The notes below the pieces were generated by a model. That model did no database searches, had not been told where the DNA came from, and saw only the letters and a list, made by a program, of their open reading frames with translations. Positions 1 to 9,351 of a stretch of DNA of 64,000 bases are shown here, one piece after another. The first letter of the stretch is position 1, and each line of letters begins with the position of its first letter. The translations under genes were made by a program, and so were the position numbers. Source of the stretch: Dehalococcoidia bacterium (GTDB lineage: Bacteria > Chloroflexota > Dehalococcoidia > Lucifugimonadales > VXLM01); NCBI GenBank assembly GCA_963662435.1, contig OY759598.1, forward strand, positions 124,001 through 188,000, read 5' to 3'.

Positions 1-502
1 TGTCCGTAGTTCTTTGGTCCGCTGGCTGAAATACCGCATCGTGCTCGGCGCACGTAAATCCCGCAGTCGTTGCCCGACGTATGCTCACCTTGTGCGGGAT
101 CGCGGGCATTTGCCCCGGGGGACCTGTCGGCTTCGGGCTAGGTCGAAACAGATAGACCTGCTTGGGCCCGATTTGCTTCAGCCAATTGCGCGGAACGGTA
201 TGGGCATCTATCGGCTGGCCGGTGCAACCGGGTTGATGAAGGCACTGATTCGCCCGTACTTCGCTTGTAGCAAGTATCTGCTGTGTGAACTTGCCGGTTT
301 CTTTTGCGTCCAAGGTCTTCCAGTCTCCGACCTGGGAGGACAGGCCGCCGTCACAGGCCACGACATCGAGGCAGTTGGCTTGGCAGACGCCAGCAGTGAA
401 TACGGCGTTAGGTTCAAGGTCTTCGTAGAACCAGATCGAAACCGGCCCGTTGCATTTTGGGCAATGGGGTTCGTGGGGAGTTGTGATGGGGCACTGGTAC
501 AT
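1..502 (-). CDS. Partial hypothetical Cys/His-rich protein (possible Zn-binding/HNH-like), runs off the left edge
   Basis: Manual translation from ATG at 502 is open to position 1: MYQCP..HCPKC..CLHQPGCTGQPIDAHTVPRNWLKQI..ATTAGFTCAEHDAVF. Absent from the ORF track because no stop lies in the window. Confidence 0.5.
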   Translation of the reverse strand, partial: MYQCPITTPHEPHCPKCNGPVSIWFYEDLEPNAVFTAGVCQANCLDVVACDGGLSSQVGDWKTLDAKETGKFTQQILATSEVRANQCLHQPGCTGQPIDAHTVPRNWLKQIGPKQVYLFRPSPKPTGPPGQMPAIPHKVSIRRATTAGFTCAEHDAVFQPADQRTTD

Positions 503-641
503 GGTTACTGCCTATGGTCTGAAAGGATGGCCCTCTCTCTGCTCAGAGGCGTGACGTGACGGTTCGGACTGCTCTTGACGGCCTTCTAGCCATGGCTCCA
601 CGAGCTTGCCTCGCTGGCAGAGTTGCCGCCGGGTCGTCACC

Positions 642-1085
642 TCAGACATTGGATTGACCCTGGGCCGCATCGCCGCGACCCGCCACACCCACGGGACCGC
701 GCCTCCCCGGAATCACCTCGACCGGCGTGGGAATCAACCACTCGGCTCCTGCCTTCACCGCTCCCCTCAGTCTTCCGTCCCGTGCCAGCTTGCGCACCCT
801 GCGCTCCGACACCCCCAACCTGGCAGCCGCCTCCCGCACCGTCACATTGGCGACATCGTCCTCGGCGGCTTCGGATTCCAGCTCGAACTCGACGGGGGTC
901 GGCTCCCCAAGCGTGCTCATGTCGTGGATGAGGAACCCTATGACCTCGCCGTGGTCGTCCAGCCGCTTGAGGATGCGTTCGTCCTCGGTGGAGGTGAAGT
1001 ACCCCTCTCTCACAGCCCACACAACCTCAAGGATGTCCCCCTCGTGGTCGTAGGAGACGAGCACCTTTCTGTTCGTCATGGTCAT
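642..1085 (-). CDS. Putative antitoxin: DUF2283-like domain fused to an excisionase-type HTH
   Basis: N-term VSYDHEGDILEV..LDDHGEVIGFLI; C-term VTVREAAARLGVSERRVRKLARDGRL..GAEWLIP; ATGA overlap with the upstream toxin-like gene. Confidence 0.7.
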   Translation of the reverse strand: MTMTNRKVLVSYDHEGDILEVVWAVREGYFTSTEDERILKRLDDHGEVIGFLIHDMSTLGEPTPVEFELESEAAEDDVANVTVREAAARLGVSERRVRKLARDGRLRGAVKAGAEWLIPTPVEVIPGRRGPVGVAGRGDAAQGQSNV

Positions 1086-1390
1086 TCTCCCTTGATGCTT
1101 CGAGCCAGGTAGCCGGTGAGGATGAAGGAGTGGTCCGCCTCCCTCTTCACCACGAGGCAGAGGTAGCGGTTCCTACCCCGCAGGTCTGGATAGAGCCGGT
1201 AGTAGAGCTGGACCGCGGGGCTGGACCTGGAGGGCCTCACGGCGTCCGGTTCAGCGAGGGTCTCGGCGAACCGCTGCAGGTGGAAGGCCATTTCCGGGTG
1301 CCTTCGCAGAATGTGCCCGAGCCGTTCGCCGGTGAGGCGAACCTCGTCTCCGTGCCGGTCGATGAAGCGGCGCACGCCGGACTCCATCAC
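1082..1390 (-). CDS. Putative RelE/BECR-fold ribonuclease toxin (PBECR2-like)
   Basis: VRLTGERLGHILRRHPEM..ETLAEPD..LYYRLY..YLCLVVK..FILTGY; 102 aa, coupled to a DUF2283-like partner. Confidence 0.65.
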   Translation of the reverse strand: MMESGVRRFIDRHGDEVRLTGERLGHILRRHPEMAFHLQRFAETLAEPDAVRPSRSSPAVQLYYRLYPDLRGRNRYLCLVVKREADHSFILTGYLARSIKGE

Positions 1391-1407
1391 CGGATACCGT
1401 ACCGCAA

Positions 1408-1437
1408 AGTATACCGCTTCGCGGCCTGTACCGGCAA
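1408..1437 (-). promoter_or_regulatory. Sigma70-type promoter of the TA operon
   Basis: Minus strand TTGCCG-18 bp-TATACT, about 20 nt upstream of the toxin start. Confidence 0.5.
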
Positions 1438-1447
1438 TGCGCTGTGC

Positions 1448-1681
1448 CTAAACTTCACCGCGATTCTCCTCGCCGCCGTCCGCCTGGGACATCTGGGACT
1501 CGGCCTCTTGCTTTCGGATGTAGGAGCGCACGGCGACCCTCGCCCAGATGCGCAGCCCCCTTTGGAAGGCCTCGCGCTGCTTGGGCGTGTACCCCGCCAT
1601 CAGCTCCGACGGCGACTCCTCAGGCAGGTCGCCGTCTATTCCCTTTCCGGTGGGTTTCTCTTGGCCGTTGCTATCTCTCAT
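1448..1681 (-). CDS. Small hypothetical protein
   Basis: 77-aa ORF co-oriented with neighbours, protein-like composition. Confidence 0.45.
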   Translation of the reverse strand: MRDSNGQEKPTGKGIDGDLPEESPSELMAGYTPKQREAFQRGLRIWARVAVRSYIRKQEAESQMSQADGGEENRGEV

Positions 1682-1795
1682 GTCGCTCGGTCGCAGCGGC
1701 GGGACTTCTGTGCCGCTGGCCTCTCGTTTCAGGTCGGTGGGTGGGCCGCCGGGCGCGGACGGAACGGGGCGAGCGCCCGGCGGCGTTCGTGCCGG

Positions 1796-2119
1796 TCAGT
1801 TGTCGAAGAACGTCATCTGGAACCCGTCGCCCATGAGGATCTGGAGGCCGCCGGGTATCCGGCCGGCGTACCGGCAGAGGGCGTGCATAGCGCCCCCCGA
1901 CGGCTCGACGCCCTTGCGCCACCGGTACATCTGCTTGTAGTCGACGCCGATGGCGATGGCGAGGCCGCTCCAGGTGAGGCCGCTGTCCTTCTTCAGCCGA
2001 TCGAGCCGGTCGGCGAAGTCGTCCGGCAGCAGCCCGCCGTAGGGCATGCACTCCTCGCCGTCAGGGTCCGGTCTCAAGGTCCCGTCGAGACGGGACGAAT
2101 CCTTGGTGTTACTTGTCAT
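1796..2119 (-). CDS. XRE-family HTH regulator
   Basis: FADRLDRLKKDSGLTWSGLAIAIGVDYKQMYRWRKGVEP; GGAGGT RBS. Confidence 0.75.
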   Translation of the reverse strand: MTSNTKDSSRLDGTLRPDPDGEECMPYGGLLPDDFADRLDRLKKDSGLTWSGLAIAIGVDYKQMYRWRKGVEPSGGAMHALCRYAGRIPGGLQILMGDGFQMTFFDN

Positions 2120-2387
2120 TGCTTACCTCCTGTGTAAAGAGCTCGTGGAAGTTCTCCACGCCTAGGGCCGTTTGCATCCGACGTCGGATGCGACCCGAGG
2201 GCGCTCGCCCCTCGTTGACCAGCACGGAGAGGTATCCGGCACTGATGCCGACCTCCCTGGCGAGCCAGTTCTGGGAGCGGTTCAGAAGGTTGAGCCGCCG
2301 CCAGAGGGCCGCCGCGTCCAGCCGGACAACTGTCCGTCCCGCACGCCTCGGGTGTCCCTTCGATTGGTTGGCATCTCGCAAAGACAT
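2109..2387 (-). CDS. XRE-family HTH regulator
   Basis: RSQNWLAREVGISAGYLSVLVNEGRAPS. Confidence 0.75.
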   Translation of the reverse strand: MSLRDANQSKGHPRRAGRTVVRLDAAALWRRLNLLNRSQNWLAREVGISAGYLSVLVNEGRAPSGRIRRRMQTALGVENFHELFTQEVSNDK

Positions 2388-2448
2388 GGCTCTCGATCTC
2401 CTGTATTTCGGTAGATATGTTTAGTAGAAGCAGGAACTTTGCCGCGAC

Positions 2449-4128
2449 TCAAGCCTCTGTCGGGTCGTCCTGTCTCAGAGGCGGCGGCAGGGCCTGCGGC
2501 GACTCCCACTCTCCGGGAGTGCGCCAGGCACGTCCCAGGGGACCCAGGACATCGAGTGCCTCCTTATGGGAGACCCAGAGGGGGACTGTCACCCGCTCCG
2601 CCCGCATCTCCTCCCGCGCCACGCGCAGGAAGTGAGTTGCCACGATGTCATCGTCGAAGACCACCAGGACGGCGGGCCTCGTGCCGTGGTCGTCCAGGGG
2701 CCTGTGGGACGAGTAGTAGCGCAGATAGGGGGCCAGGCGGTCCGACATGGTTGAGGGACGCACGGCACGGCGCTCCCACTCTAGGAAGAAGGCCCACTCG
2801 GGCCCGCTCTTGCGCAGGACGCCAAAGGCGTCGGGGTTGACGGCGCGCATCCGGTCGTCGTGCCGGAAGTGGCGAGAGGCCCTGCGGGGCGGGTCGACCT
2901 GAACGATCTCCCATCCCAGCAGCGGCGCCTGCGCGGTGAGCGCGGCCAGGAAGCCGTGGACGGCGTCGGTGTGCTCGATGTTCCTGAGGAGCTGGCGACC
3001 CCTCCGGCCGGTGACGTTGCGCCACTCGAACGGGCCTTCGAGGTCTTCGAGGGCGATGCTCCATCGCTTCTTCGCCACGCCGACCGAGGTGCGGTCCCTG
3101 CGTGCGAGGAGGGAGAGTCCCCGGTCGGTGAGGGCCATCCGGCGGCTCGCCTCCGGGACGCGGGCCGCGAGGCCGAATCCCTCCAGGGGGATGACGGTCT
3201 GGGAGGCCCTCTGGGGCGATACGCCCATGAGTCCGGCGAGCTCGCCGAGGGTGATCCAGGGCCAGTCCGAGATGAGGTCGAGGGCGCGCTTCTCGGCGGG
3301 CCTGACAAAGAGAGGCAGCATGTGGTCGGCAATGTCCGACGCTGCGGCCCTTTCGGGGATGTCGTCGGGGACCGAGGCGAGCCGTGACGCATCCTCCACG
3401 GGAATCTCTCCTCCGGGGTCGGTACGTTCCAGGAGGTAGCGCAGGTCGACGGCGGCGCTCACCTTGAGCGGGCTCCAAATCCGGTCGCCCTCTCCGGCCA
3501 GCGCCGCGTCGCGTTCCAGGGCGAAGAGGGCCGGGACCTCGGTGGTCGAGAGCAGCCTGCGGGCGTGCCTGAGACGCACCCCATCGGCCATGAGGACGAG
3601 GACTGTTCCGGGCATCGGCATGTCCCGCAGCCGCCAGAGCCGTTTGGCGAAGCCCGACCGGTCGGCGGTGCGCCCCTGCCTGATGACCCCGACGGTCCTG
3701 CCGTCCGGCAGCGTCATGGCGGCGTCGAGGGGTAAGGACCGGTACCAGTGGAACCGGATGGGGTAGGCGACGCCGGAGATGACGGAGGCGAGGTGGTACA
3801 TGACGGCGAGAGCATCGAGCCGCTCCAACAGGCTGCGCCGCCACTGGGCGGATATGGGAAGGTCGCGCAGCAGCGCCTCAAGGGGCCTGTCCTCCTCGTC
3901 TGCGAGCCTGCGCAACCCGGCGGCGGTGAGGTGAAACCTCCGTGCCGGGGGCAGCGGGTCTGCGGCGTGGAGCACGGAGGCGCAGGCGCCTGCGGTCTCC
4001 ATCCTCTCGACGGCCTCGTAGACCGCGGCCCTGGACCAGCCGGTCATGGCGACCATCTCCTGCCGGTCGAGGAAGGGCATCCACGCCAGAGCGCGGAGCA
4101 GATCGGGCTCACATCCATTGGGTCTCAT
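2449..4128 (-). CDS. Replication-relaxation family (MOB-L-like) relaxase, apparently two tandem domains
   Basis: C-terminal half IEHTDAVHGF..VNPDAFGVL..FFLEWER..YLRYY..VLVVF; directly downstream of the coupling protein with ATGA overlap. Confidence 0.7.
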   Translation of the reverse strand: MRPNGCEPDLLRALAWMPFLDRQEMVAMTGWSRAAVYEAVERMETAGACASVLHAADPLPPARRFHLTAAGLRRLADEEDRPLEALLRDLPISAQWRRSLLERLDALAVMYHLASVISGVAYPIRFHWYRSLPLDAAMTLPDGRTVGVIRQGRTADRSGFAKRLWRLRDMPMPGTVLVLMADGVRLRHARRLLSTTEVPALFALERDAALAGEGDRIWSPLKVSAAVDLRYLLERTDPGGEIPVEDASRLASVPDDIPERAAASDIADHMLPLFVRPAEKRALDLISDWPWITLGELAGLMGVSPQRASQTVIPLEGFGLAARVPEASRRMALTDRGLSLLARRDRTSVGVAKKRWSIALEDLEGPFEWRNVTGRRGRQLLRNIEHTDAVHGFLAALTAQAPLLGWEIVQVDPPRRASRHFRHDDRMRAVNPDAFGVLRKSGPEWAFFLEWERRAVRPSTMSDRLAPYLRYYSSHRPLDDHGTRPAVLVVFDDDIVATHFLRVAREEMRAERVTVPLWVSHKEALDVLGPLGRAWRTPGEWESPQALPPPLRQDDPTEA

Positions 4129-6725
4129 TCCCGGGCCTCCTGTTTCGTTTCCTCCGCAGCAGCCCCACCCGTATCATCCTCTCCGGCAGCAGCGGGGCCC
4201 GTCCTGCGCCTTTTGGTCTGCTTTTCGCGTTTCGGGTCCCCTTCACCGTCCTGAGCGCGGCCCTCTTCGATGTCGTCTATGCCCTTGCGGTAGTCGTCCA
4301 CCTTCCTGTGGCCGTCGGCGTCGGCGTAGTCCGCCTGCCGGGCCGAGACGGTGTATGCGGCCGTTGCCTCGCGGATGCGGTCGGCGACGGCGGGGTCGCC
4401 GTCTTCCGGCTTCCTGACCATCATCGAGAAGGCGGGCATCCGCTCGGTTCCGACGGTGGCGCGGACGTAGCAGTGGTGGACGGGAAGCGACGTGATGTCG
4501 TCCTCGGTGACCCGTTCCTTGCCCAGCTCCCACACCAGCGTCCTGGCGTCGTTGCCGGCCACCTGGAAGACGGCCAGGCATCCGACGTTGGCGAGGAGCG
4601 TGTCCCGCATCGTCCGGGAGAGGTCGTCGAGCTTGGCGAGGCTCTGGGTTGCCAGGACGAAGGACGCCCCGAACTTGCCCAACTCGGACAACATGCTTTC
4701 GTAGTCCACGCCGGGCATCGACTGCATCTCGTCCACGACGACCAGCGCCCCCCGCCGCTGGTGAAGGGGGATACTCCCCTGCTCCCGTATGACCGCGTCC
4801 ACGAGGTTGAGGATCGACGCGCCCACCAGGGCGGCCACGTCTCTGCCGACCGTTCCCTGGGACGTCGAGACCAGCAGGACGCCGCCGTCGTGGATGGTGC
4901 GGCGCATGTCGATGGTGGAGCGGCGCTGTCCCAGGATGGCCCTTGCCCGCTTGGAGGAGGAATAGTAGGAGAGGCGGGTCTGGACGGGGGCGAGGGCCTC
5001 GGCCTTGTACTGGCGGTGCCAGCTGCCGAAGTCCCTGGCCCACCACTCCAGCAGGTAGGGGTCGGAGACCTTCTTGAGCACGTCCTTGCGAAACGGGTCG
5101 TTGGACAGCAGCTTCAGCCCGTCGAGGATGGTGTACTGGGCCTCCGCCTCCACCTGCTCGTTGGCCTCGTGGAGGGTCTTGACGGTCTGCTCGAGGATGG
5201 ACTGCATCCTCGGTCCCCACTGCTCCCACAGGCCCTTTGCGACGCGCACCACCGAGTCGGCGGTGCGGTCCCGGTCGGCGAAGACGCGGGTGTCCAAGAG
5301 GTTGATGCCTGGGGCGCGGGACTCGTCGGACAGGTCGATGAGCCGCACCCGGTCGATGAGGGACTCGGGGACGTGTTCGAGGATCCCGGCCACGAGATCG
5401 GTGTGGGGGTCTATCACCACGATGGCGTCCGGGTCCCTGCCCGCCGCCTTCTCCCGCATCTTGTGGGTGACCAGGTGGTGCATGAGGGTGGACTTGCCCA
5501 TGCGGGTGCGGGCGACGTAGAGGTGGTGACGCCGGAGCAGGTCCCCGGGGAAACGGATCTCCCGCTTTGCTCCCGCGGTGGTGTCTCCCACCAGGGCGCC
5601 GCCTCGGACGCCCTTGGCCGAGGGGCTGAGCGCCCGCGCGCCGGACCGCTCCACCAGGGGCGTCTCGTCTCCGGCTCCCGGCGGGTGCCACAGGGCGGCG
5701 ATCTCGCGCACGCCCAGGACGCTGCGCTTGCCGAAGAGGCCGGGGCCCGGCGGGTGGAGGGCCTTCGGATCGGGCAGGACGGGCCGCACGCGGGTCACCT
5801 TGAATCGGGCGCCCGCGGGGTTGTCGTAGTGGCGGTAGGCGGCGGCCACCGGGCCCAGAAGCTCCCGGGCCCGCGGCTGCCCCGTGTCGGCGGGCAGGAC
5901 GGCGACGACTTGGAGCTCGGCATCGAAGGCGATGCGGGACACCTTCTCCTGGATCAGGATGGGGTCTTCGACCCGGTTGCGTGCCTTCTTCCACCGCCAC
6001 CAGCCCCAGCCGCCTGCGGCCAGCCCCAGGGCCGTAGCGATACCCAGGAGCGCCGCCTTCCATAGCTCGCCGTCCTGCACCCACAGGTAGCCCTTGAGGG
6101 CGGCCAGCGCCCCGATGCCTAGCACGGCCATCGTGATGCCGTCCATCTGCAGCGGCTTGGTCTGGAACGTGTAGGCGGGCTCCCTCGGCTCCATGCCCGG
6201 CCGCCTGTGGGCCTTGTCCATGTGGGCCTGCGACCAGTCGGGGCCCAGGGAGCGCAGCATCAGCCGCGCCGCCACGCGCTCCCCCTCGTAGAGGGCCGAG
6301 AGCGCTCCCATCAGGGCGATGAGGGGGTCGGAGCCGGGGTCGAGCAGGTCGTCGTCGCGGAAGGTGCGCAGGGGGACGTACTCGGGTCCGTCGGCCCGCA
6401 GGGTGATGGCCCATGCCTGCTCCCCTTCGCCGAGCCTAAGCGGGTCCTCGTCGGGGTCAAGCCTCTGGATGCGGGCCTGGGGGTAGTGGGCGGAGAGTTG
6501 GCCGCGCACCACCCGGTCGTCGAGACAGCGGGCCATGAGGGTCACGCCGTCCATGTCCCCGGCCAGCTCCAGGGAGAAGGGTTCGGGGACGGCGATGGAC
6601 TGGAGCAGGTTCTCCACGCCCAGCAGGGTGCGTTCCCCGGCTCTCGGCGGCGTCACCGCCAGCAGGACGGGGCCTTTGTCCTCGCTGGCGGTTCCGAAGA
6701 AGATTTCCCTGGGGTTCAGCTTCAT
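4125..6725 (-). CDS. virD4: Type IV coupling protein (VirD4/TraG-like)
   Basis: Two TM helices, variant Walker A ARTRMGKST, VVIDPH, Walker B VVVDEMQ, ATQSLAKL, LLANVG. Confidence 0.8.
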   Translation of the reverse strand: MKLNPREIFFGTASEDKGPVLLAVTPPRAGERTLLGVENLLQSIAVPEPFSLELAGDMDGVTLMARCLDDRVVRGQLSAHYPQARIQRLDPDEDPLRLGEGEQAWAITLRADGPEYVPLRTFRDDDLLDPGSDPLIALMGALSALYEGERVAARLMLRSLGPDWSQAHMDKAHRRPGMEPREPAYTFQTKPLQMDGITMAVLGIGALAALKGYLWVQDGELWKAALLGIATALGLAAGGWGWWRWKKARNRVEDPILIQEKVSRIAFDAELQVVAVLPADTGQPRARELLGPVAAAYRHYDNPAGARFKVTRVRPVLPDPKALHPPGPGLFGKRSVLGVREIAALWHPPGAGDETPLVERSGARALSPSAKGVRGGALVGDTTAGAKREIRFPGDLLRRHHLYVARTRMGKSTLMHHLVTHKMREKAAGRDPDAIVVIDPHTDLVAGILEHVPESLIDRVRLIDLSDESRAPGINLLDTRVFADRDRTADSVVRVAKGLWEQWGPRMQSILEQTVKTLHEANEQVEAEAQYTILDGLKLLSNDPFRKDVLKKVSDPYLLEWWARDFGSWHRQYKAEALAPVQTRLSYYSSSKRARAILGQRRSTIDMRRTIHDGGVLLVSTSQGTVGRDVAALVGASILNLVDAVIREQGSIPLHQRRGALVVVDEMQSMPGVDYESMLSELGKFGASFVLATQSLAKLDDLSRTMRDTLLANVGCLAVFQVAGNDARTLVWELGKERVTEDDITSLPVHHCYVRATVGTERMPAFSMMVRKPEDGDPAVADRIREATAAYTVSARQADYADADGHRKVDDYRKGIDDIEEGRAQDGEGDPKREKQTKRRRTGPAAAGEDDTGGAAAEETKQEARE

Positions 6726-6755
6726 TAATATATTCCTTCCTCTTACGGCATTTCC

Positions 6756-9005
6756 CTAGTGGCGTCCGGGTCTCCACTCGATGACCTCCGTCTCCTCCGG
6801 CGTGGCCTCGATGCGCACGGGAAAGCGGTTCCCCTTCGCGAGGAGAAGGCCGTCACCGCGGGGGCACGACAGGAGCCATCGCTGGAGGTCCTCGGGCAGG
6901 TCGAATGCGTCGCCGACGGTGCCGACGGCGGCGGCGTCCTGCTGGAGGAGCAGCTTGAAGGCGGCGTTCTGGAGGAGCGCCCGGCCGGAGTGGCCGGTGA
7001 TGGCGCGGGACGTGTCCTCGCTGAGGAGGTCTTGGACGTCCTGGGTGATGAACTGCAACCCCAGGCGGTGCTTTCTGGCTCTCTTTGCCATGCTCACCAT
7101 GAAGGCCGCGCCCTCGGGGTGCTGCATGATGCTCCACACCTCGTCGACGACCAGCAGGCGGGGCTTGGGGTCCTGGGCCGCCGCCGCCCACACCGTCTCG
7201 GTGCAGACCATGGCGGCGGCGGGCCGGAGCTCCGGCTCCAGCAGGCGAAGGTCGAAGACGGTGACCAGGGCCTCGTTGCCCAGCAGGTCGTCGCCCTCGT
7301 CGGAGAGGAGGTGGCGGAGGCTGCCGGTGGCGAAGGGCCGGAGCAGTCTTGCGAGACCTTCGTCTCCCGCCTCGTCCTCCTGCAGATACGCGTAGAAGTC
7401 CCTGAATCCGGTGCGCTCCCTGGGCCGGGCGTAGTAGTTCGCCAGGGCGTGATCGAGGGAGGCCCTGCGCTCCGCGCCGAGGGGCTCGCCCACCATGACC
7501 TCGATGAGTCGGCGCAGGCTGCCGATGCGCTGGAGCATCTCCTCGGAGTCGCCCTTGTCGATGACGAAGGGGTTCATGCCCTCGCCCGGAACCCCGGGGG
7601 AGAGGACGCGCCCGCCCGCGGCGCGCGCCATGTCGGCGTACTCGCCCTCAGGGTCGATGACGTAGGCGGTGACGCCCCGGCAGACGCCTCTGAGCACGCC
7701 GAGCTTGGTGGCGAAGCTCTTGCCGCTTCCCGACCTCGCGAGGACGGCGGTGTTGGCGTTCAGGTGCGTCCCATCCCAGGGGTCGTAGACCACCGGGGAG
7801 CAGGCCCGCATGTCGATGCCGTACAGGGTGCCGCTGCGGGTGTCCATGTCCGGCGGCGAGAAGGGGAAGAGCCGGGCGATACTGGAGGTGTCGAGGCTGC
7901 GCCACTCGGCCACGGCGTTCAGGGCCAGGGGGAGCGTGCAGAGGAGCCCCTCGCGCTGCCGGAAGGCCAGGGGGTCCAGCTTGCCGAGGGTCGCGCCGAA
8001 GTGGGCCCTGGCCCGCTGGGTCATCTCCTTCAGGGAGTCCTCGTCCTTCGCGTGCAGGGTCACCGACAGGGAGGAGTGGAAGAGCCGCTCCCTGCCCCGC
8101 TGCACCTCGTCCCGCAGACGGGTGACGTCCTCCAGGGCGATCTCGGCCTCGGGGGACATGGTGCGCCCGCGCTTGAAGGAGAGGGACTGGGCCGACTCGA
8201 AGCGCACCTTCTGCCACTCCAGGGTCCTGGCCGCCTGCTCAGCCGGTATGGGTCCGATGTGGACGGCCAGGTCCATGGGCGCGCCCGCCGCCATCAGCCC
8301 CTGGAGGAAGCCGGGGGCCAGGGACCGGGGCCACTTGCCCAGGTGGAGGGAGCGCACGAGGCGTTCGCCCACGCGAATGTCGCGCCGGCCTACCTCCACC
8401 TCGGCTGGGGCCTCCTCGTCGAACTCGGACGGGGAGCCGCCCAGGACGGCGGACACGAGGAGCATCCGCAGCTGCCTACCCCTGAGCTGGTGGACGGACA
8501 GCCCTGCCCTTGCGAGCAGGCCGCGCAGGTCGTCGATGCGGGAGAACTCGCACACGGCGTAGAAGCGCCGGTCGAGGATGCCGTCCCGCGTCTCAAGGTC
8601 GGTGAGCAGGCGCCGGAGCGACTCGGCCGCCGCCCTCGTCTGTGGGGGCAGGTCGCCGGGCTGGGCCTGTTCGAGCTTGTCCCGCATTTGTCCCAGGCGC
8701 GGCGGGTGCTGCCGGATGAGCAACTGGGCCGGGAAGTCCAGGGCGTTGAGCGCCCCGGCGAAGGCGCCCAGCTTGGGCTCGTCGATCTCCAGGCCCATCA
8801 CCTCGCAGACGCCGAGCTTCACCCCGTCAAGGCGCACCGGCCCGTCGTCGTCCAGGTGCGACAGCATGAAGAACAGGGGCAGGTCCGGCGGGGGTTCGCC
8901 GGACTCGGCTGCCGGAGACCCCGCTTCCGGCTTCCCGCGGAGGGCGGCGAGCCTGCCCCGGAGGAGCTCCGCCCCGCTCTTGGTGATTTCTACTATGCTT
9001 CTCAC
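6756..9005 (-). CDS. virB4: VirB4-like conjugative transfer ATPase
   Basis: ARSGSGKS, VIDPEGEY, LLVVDEVW, KRARKH, ITQDVQD. Confidence 0.85.
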   Translation of the reverse strand: MRSIVEITKSGAELLRGRLAALRGKPEAGSPAAESGEPPPDLPLFFMLSHLDDDGPVRLDGVKLGVCEVMGLEIDEPKLGAFAGALNALDFPAQLLIRQHPPRLGQMRDKLEQAQPGDLPPQTRAAAESLRRLLTDLETRDGILDRRFYAVCEFSRIDDLRGLLARAGLSVHQLRGRQLRMLLVSAVLGGSPSEFDEEAPAEVEVGRRDIRVGERLVRSLHLGKWPRSLAPGFLQGLMAAGAPMDLAVHIGPIPAEQAARTLEWQKVRFESAQSLSFKRGRTMSPEAEIALEDVTRLRDEVQRGRERLFHSSLSVTLHAKDEDSLKEMTQRARAHFGATLGKLDPLAFRQREGLLCTLPLALNAVAEWRSLDTSSIARLFPFSPPDMDTRSGTLYGIDMRACSPVVYDPWDGTHLNANTAVLARSGSGKSFATKLGVLRGVCRGVTAYVIDPEGEYADMARAAGGRVLSPGVPGEGMNPFVIDKGDSEEMLQRIGSLRRLIEVMVGEPLGAERRASLDHALANYYARPRERTGFRDFYAYLQEDEAGDEGLARLLRPFATGSLRHLLSDEGDDLLGNEALVTVFDLRLLEPELRPAAAMVCTETVWAAAAQDPKPRLLVVDEVWSIMQHPEGAAFMVSMAKRARKHRLGLQFITQDVQDLLSEDTSRAITGHSGRALLQNAAFKLLLQQDAAAVGTVGDAFDLPEDLQRWLLSCPRGDGLLLAKGNRFPVRIEATPEETEVIEWRPGRH

Positions 9006-9024
9006 TTCGGTTGGTTCCTTTGCT

Positions 9025-9351
9025 CTAGGGTGTTGGGAAATCCACGAGTCCGCTTCGCAGCAGGGCTGCCACGCCCTTGGCCGAGAGCACCAGGACCAGG
9101 CCGACCACCGCCAGGACGACGGCGGCCTTGGCTCGTCCCCCGCCGCGCTCCTCGCTCCCCTCGGCCATCAGGACGAAGCCCGCCCAGACGATGGCGAAGA
9201 GGCAGAGTCCGGAGGCGGCGTAGGCCATCGCCGTGAGGACGCGGTCGAACTGGCGGAGCATCTCCTGCTCCTCCGCCGGGGCAGCGCCGGTCGTCGCCAG
9301 CGCGGCCCCGGCCAGAAGGGTCGCCGCAACAACGCGCCTCACCAGGGCCAC
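9025..9351 (-). CDS. TrbC/VirB2-like pilin
   Basis: Signal-like N-terminus, two hydrophobic helices separated by EGSEERGGGRAK, in the tra operon. Confidence 0.6.
   Translation of the reverse strand: MALVRRVVAATLLAGAALATTGAAPAEEQEMLRQFDRVLTAMAYAASGLCLFAIVWAGFVLMAEGSEERGGGRAKAAVVLAVVGLVLVLSAKGVAALLRSGLVDFPTP

Noticed and set aside
14..559. Plus-strand 181-aa ORF
   Set aside because: The opposite strand carries a more protein-like open frame with Cys/His motifs.
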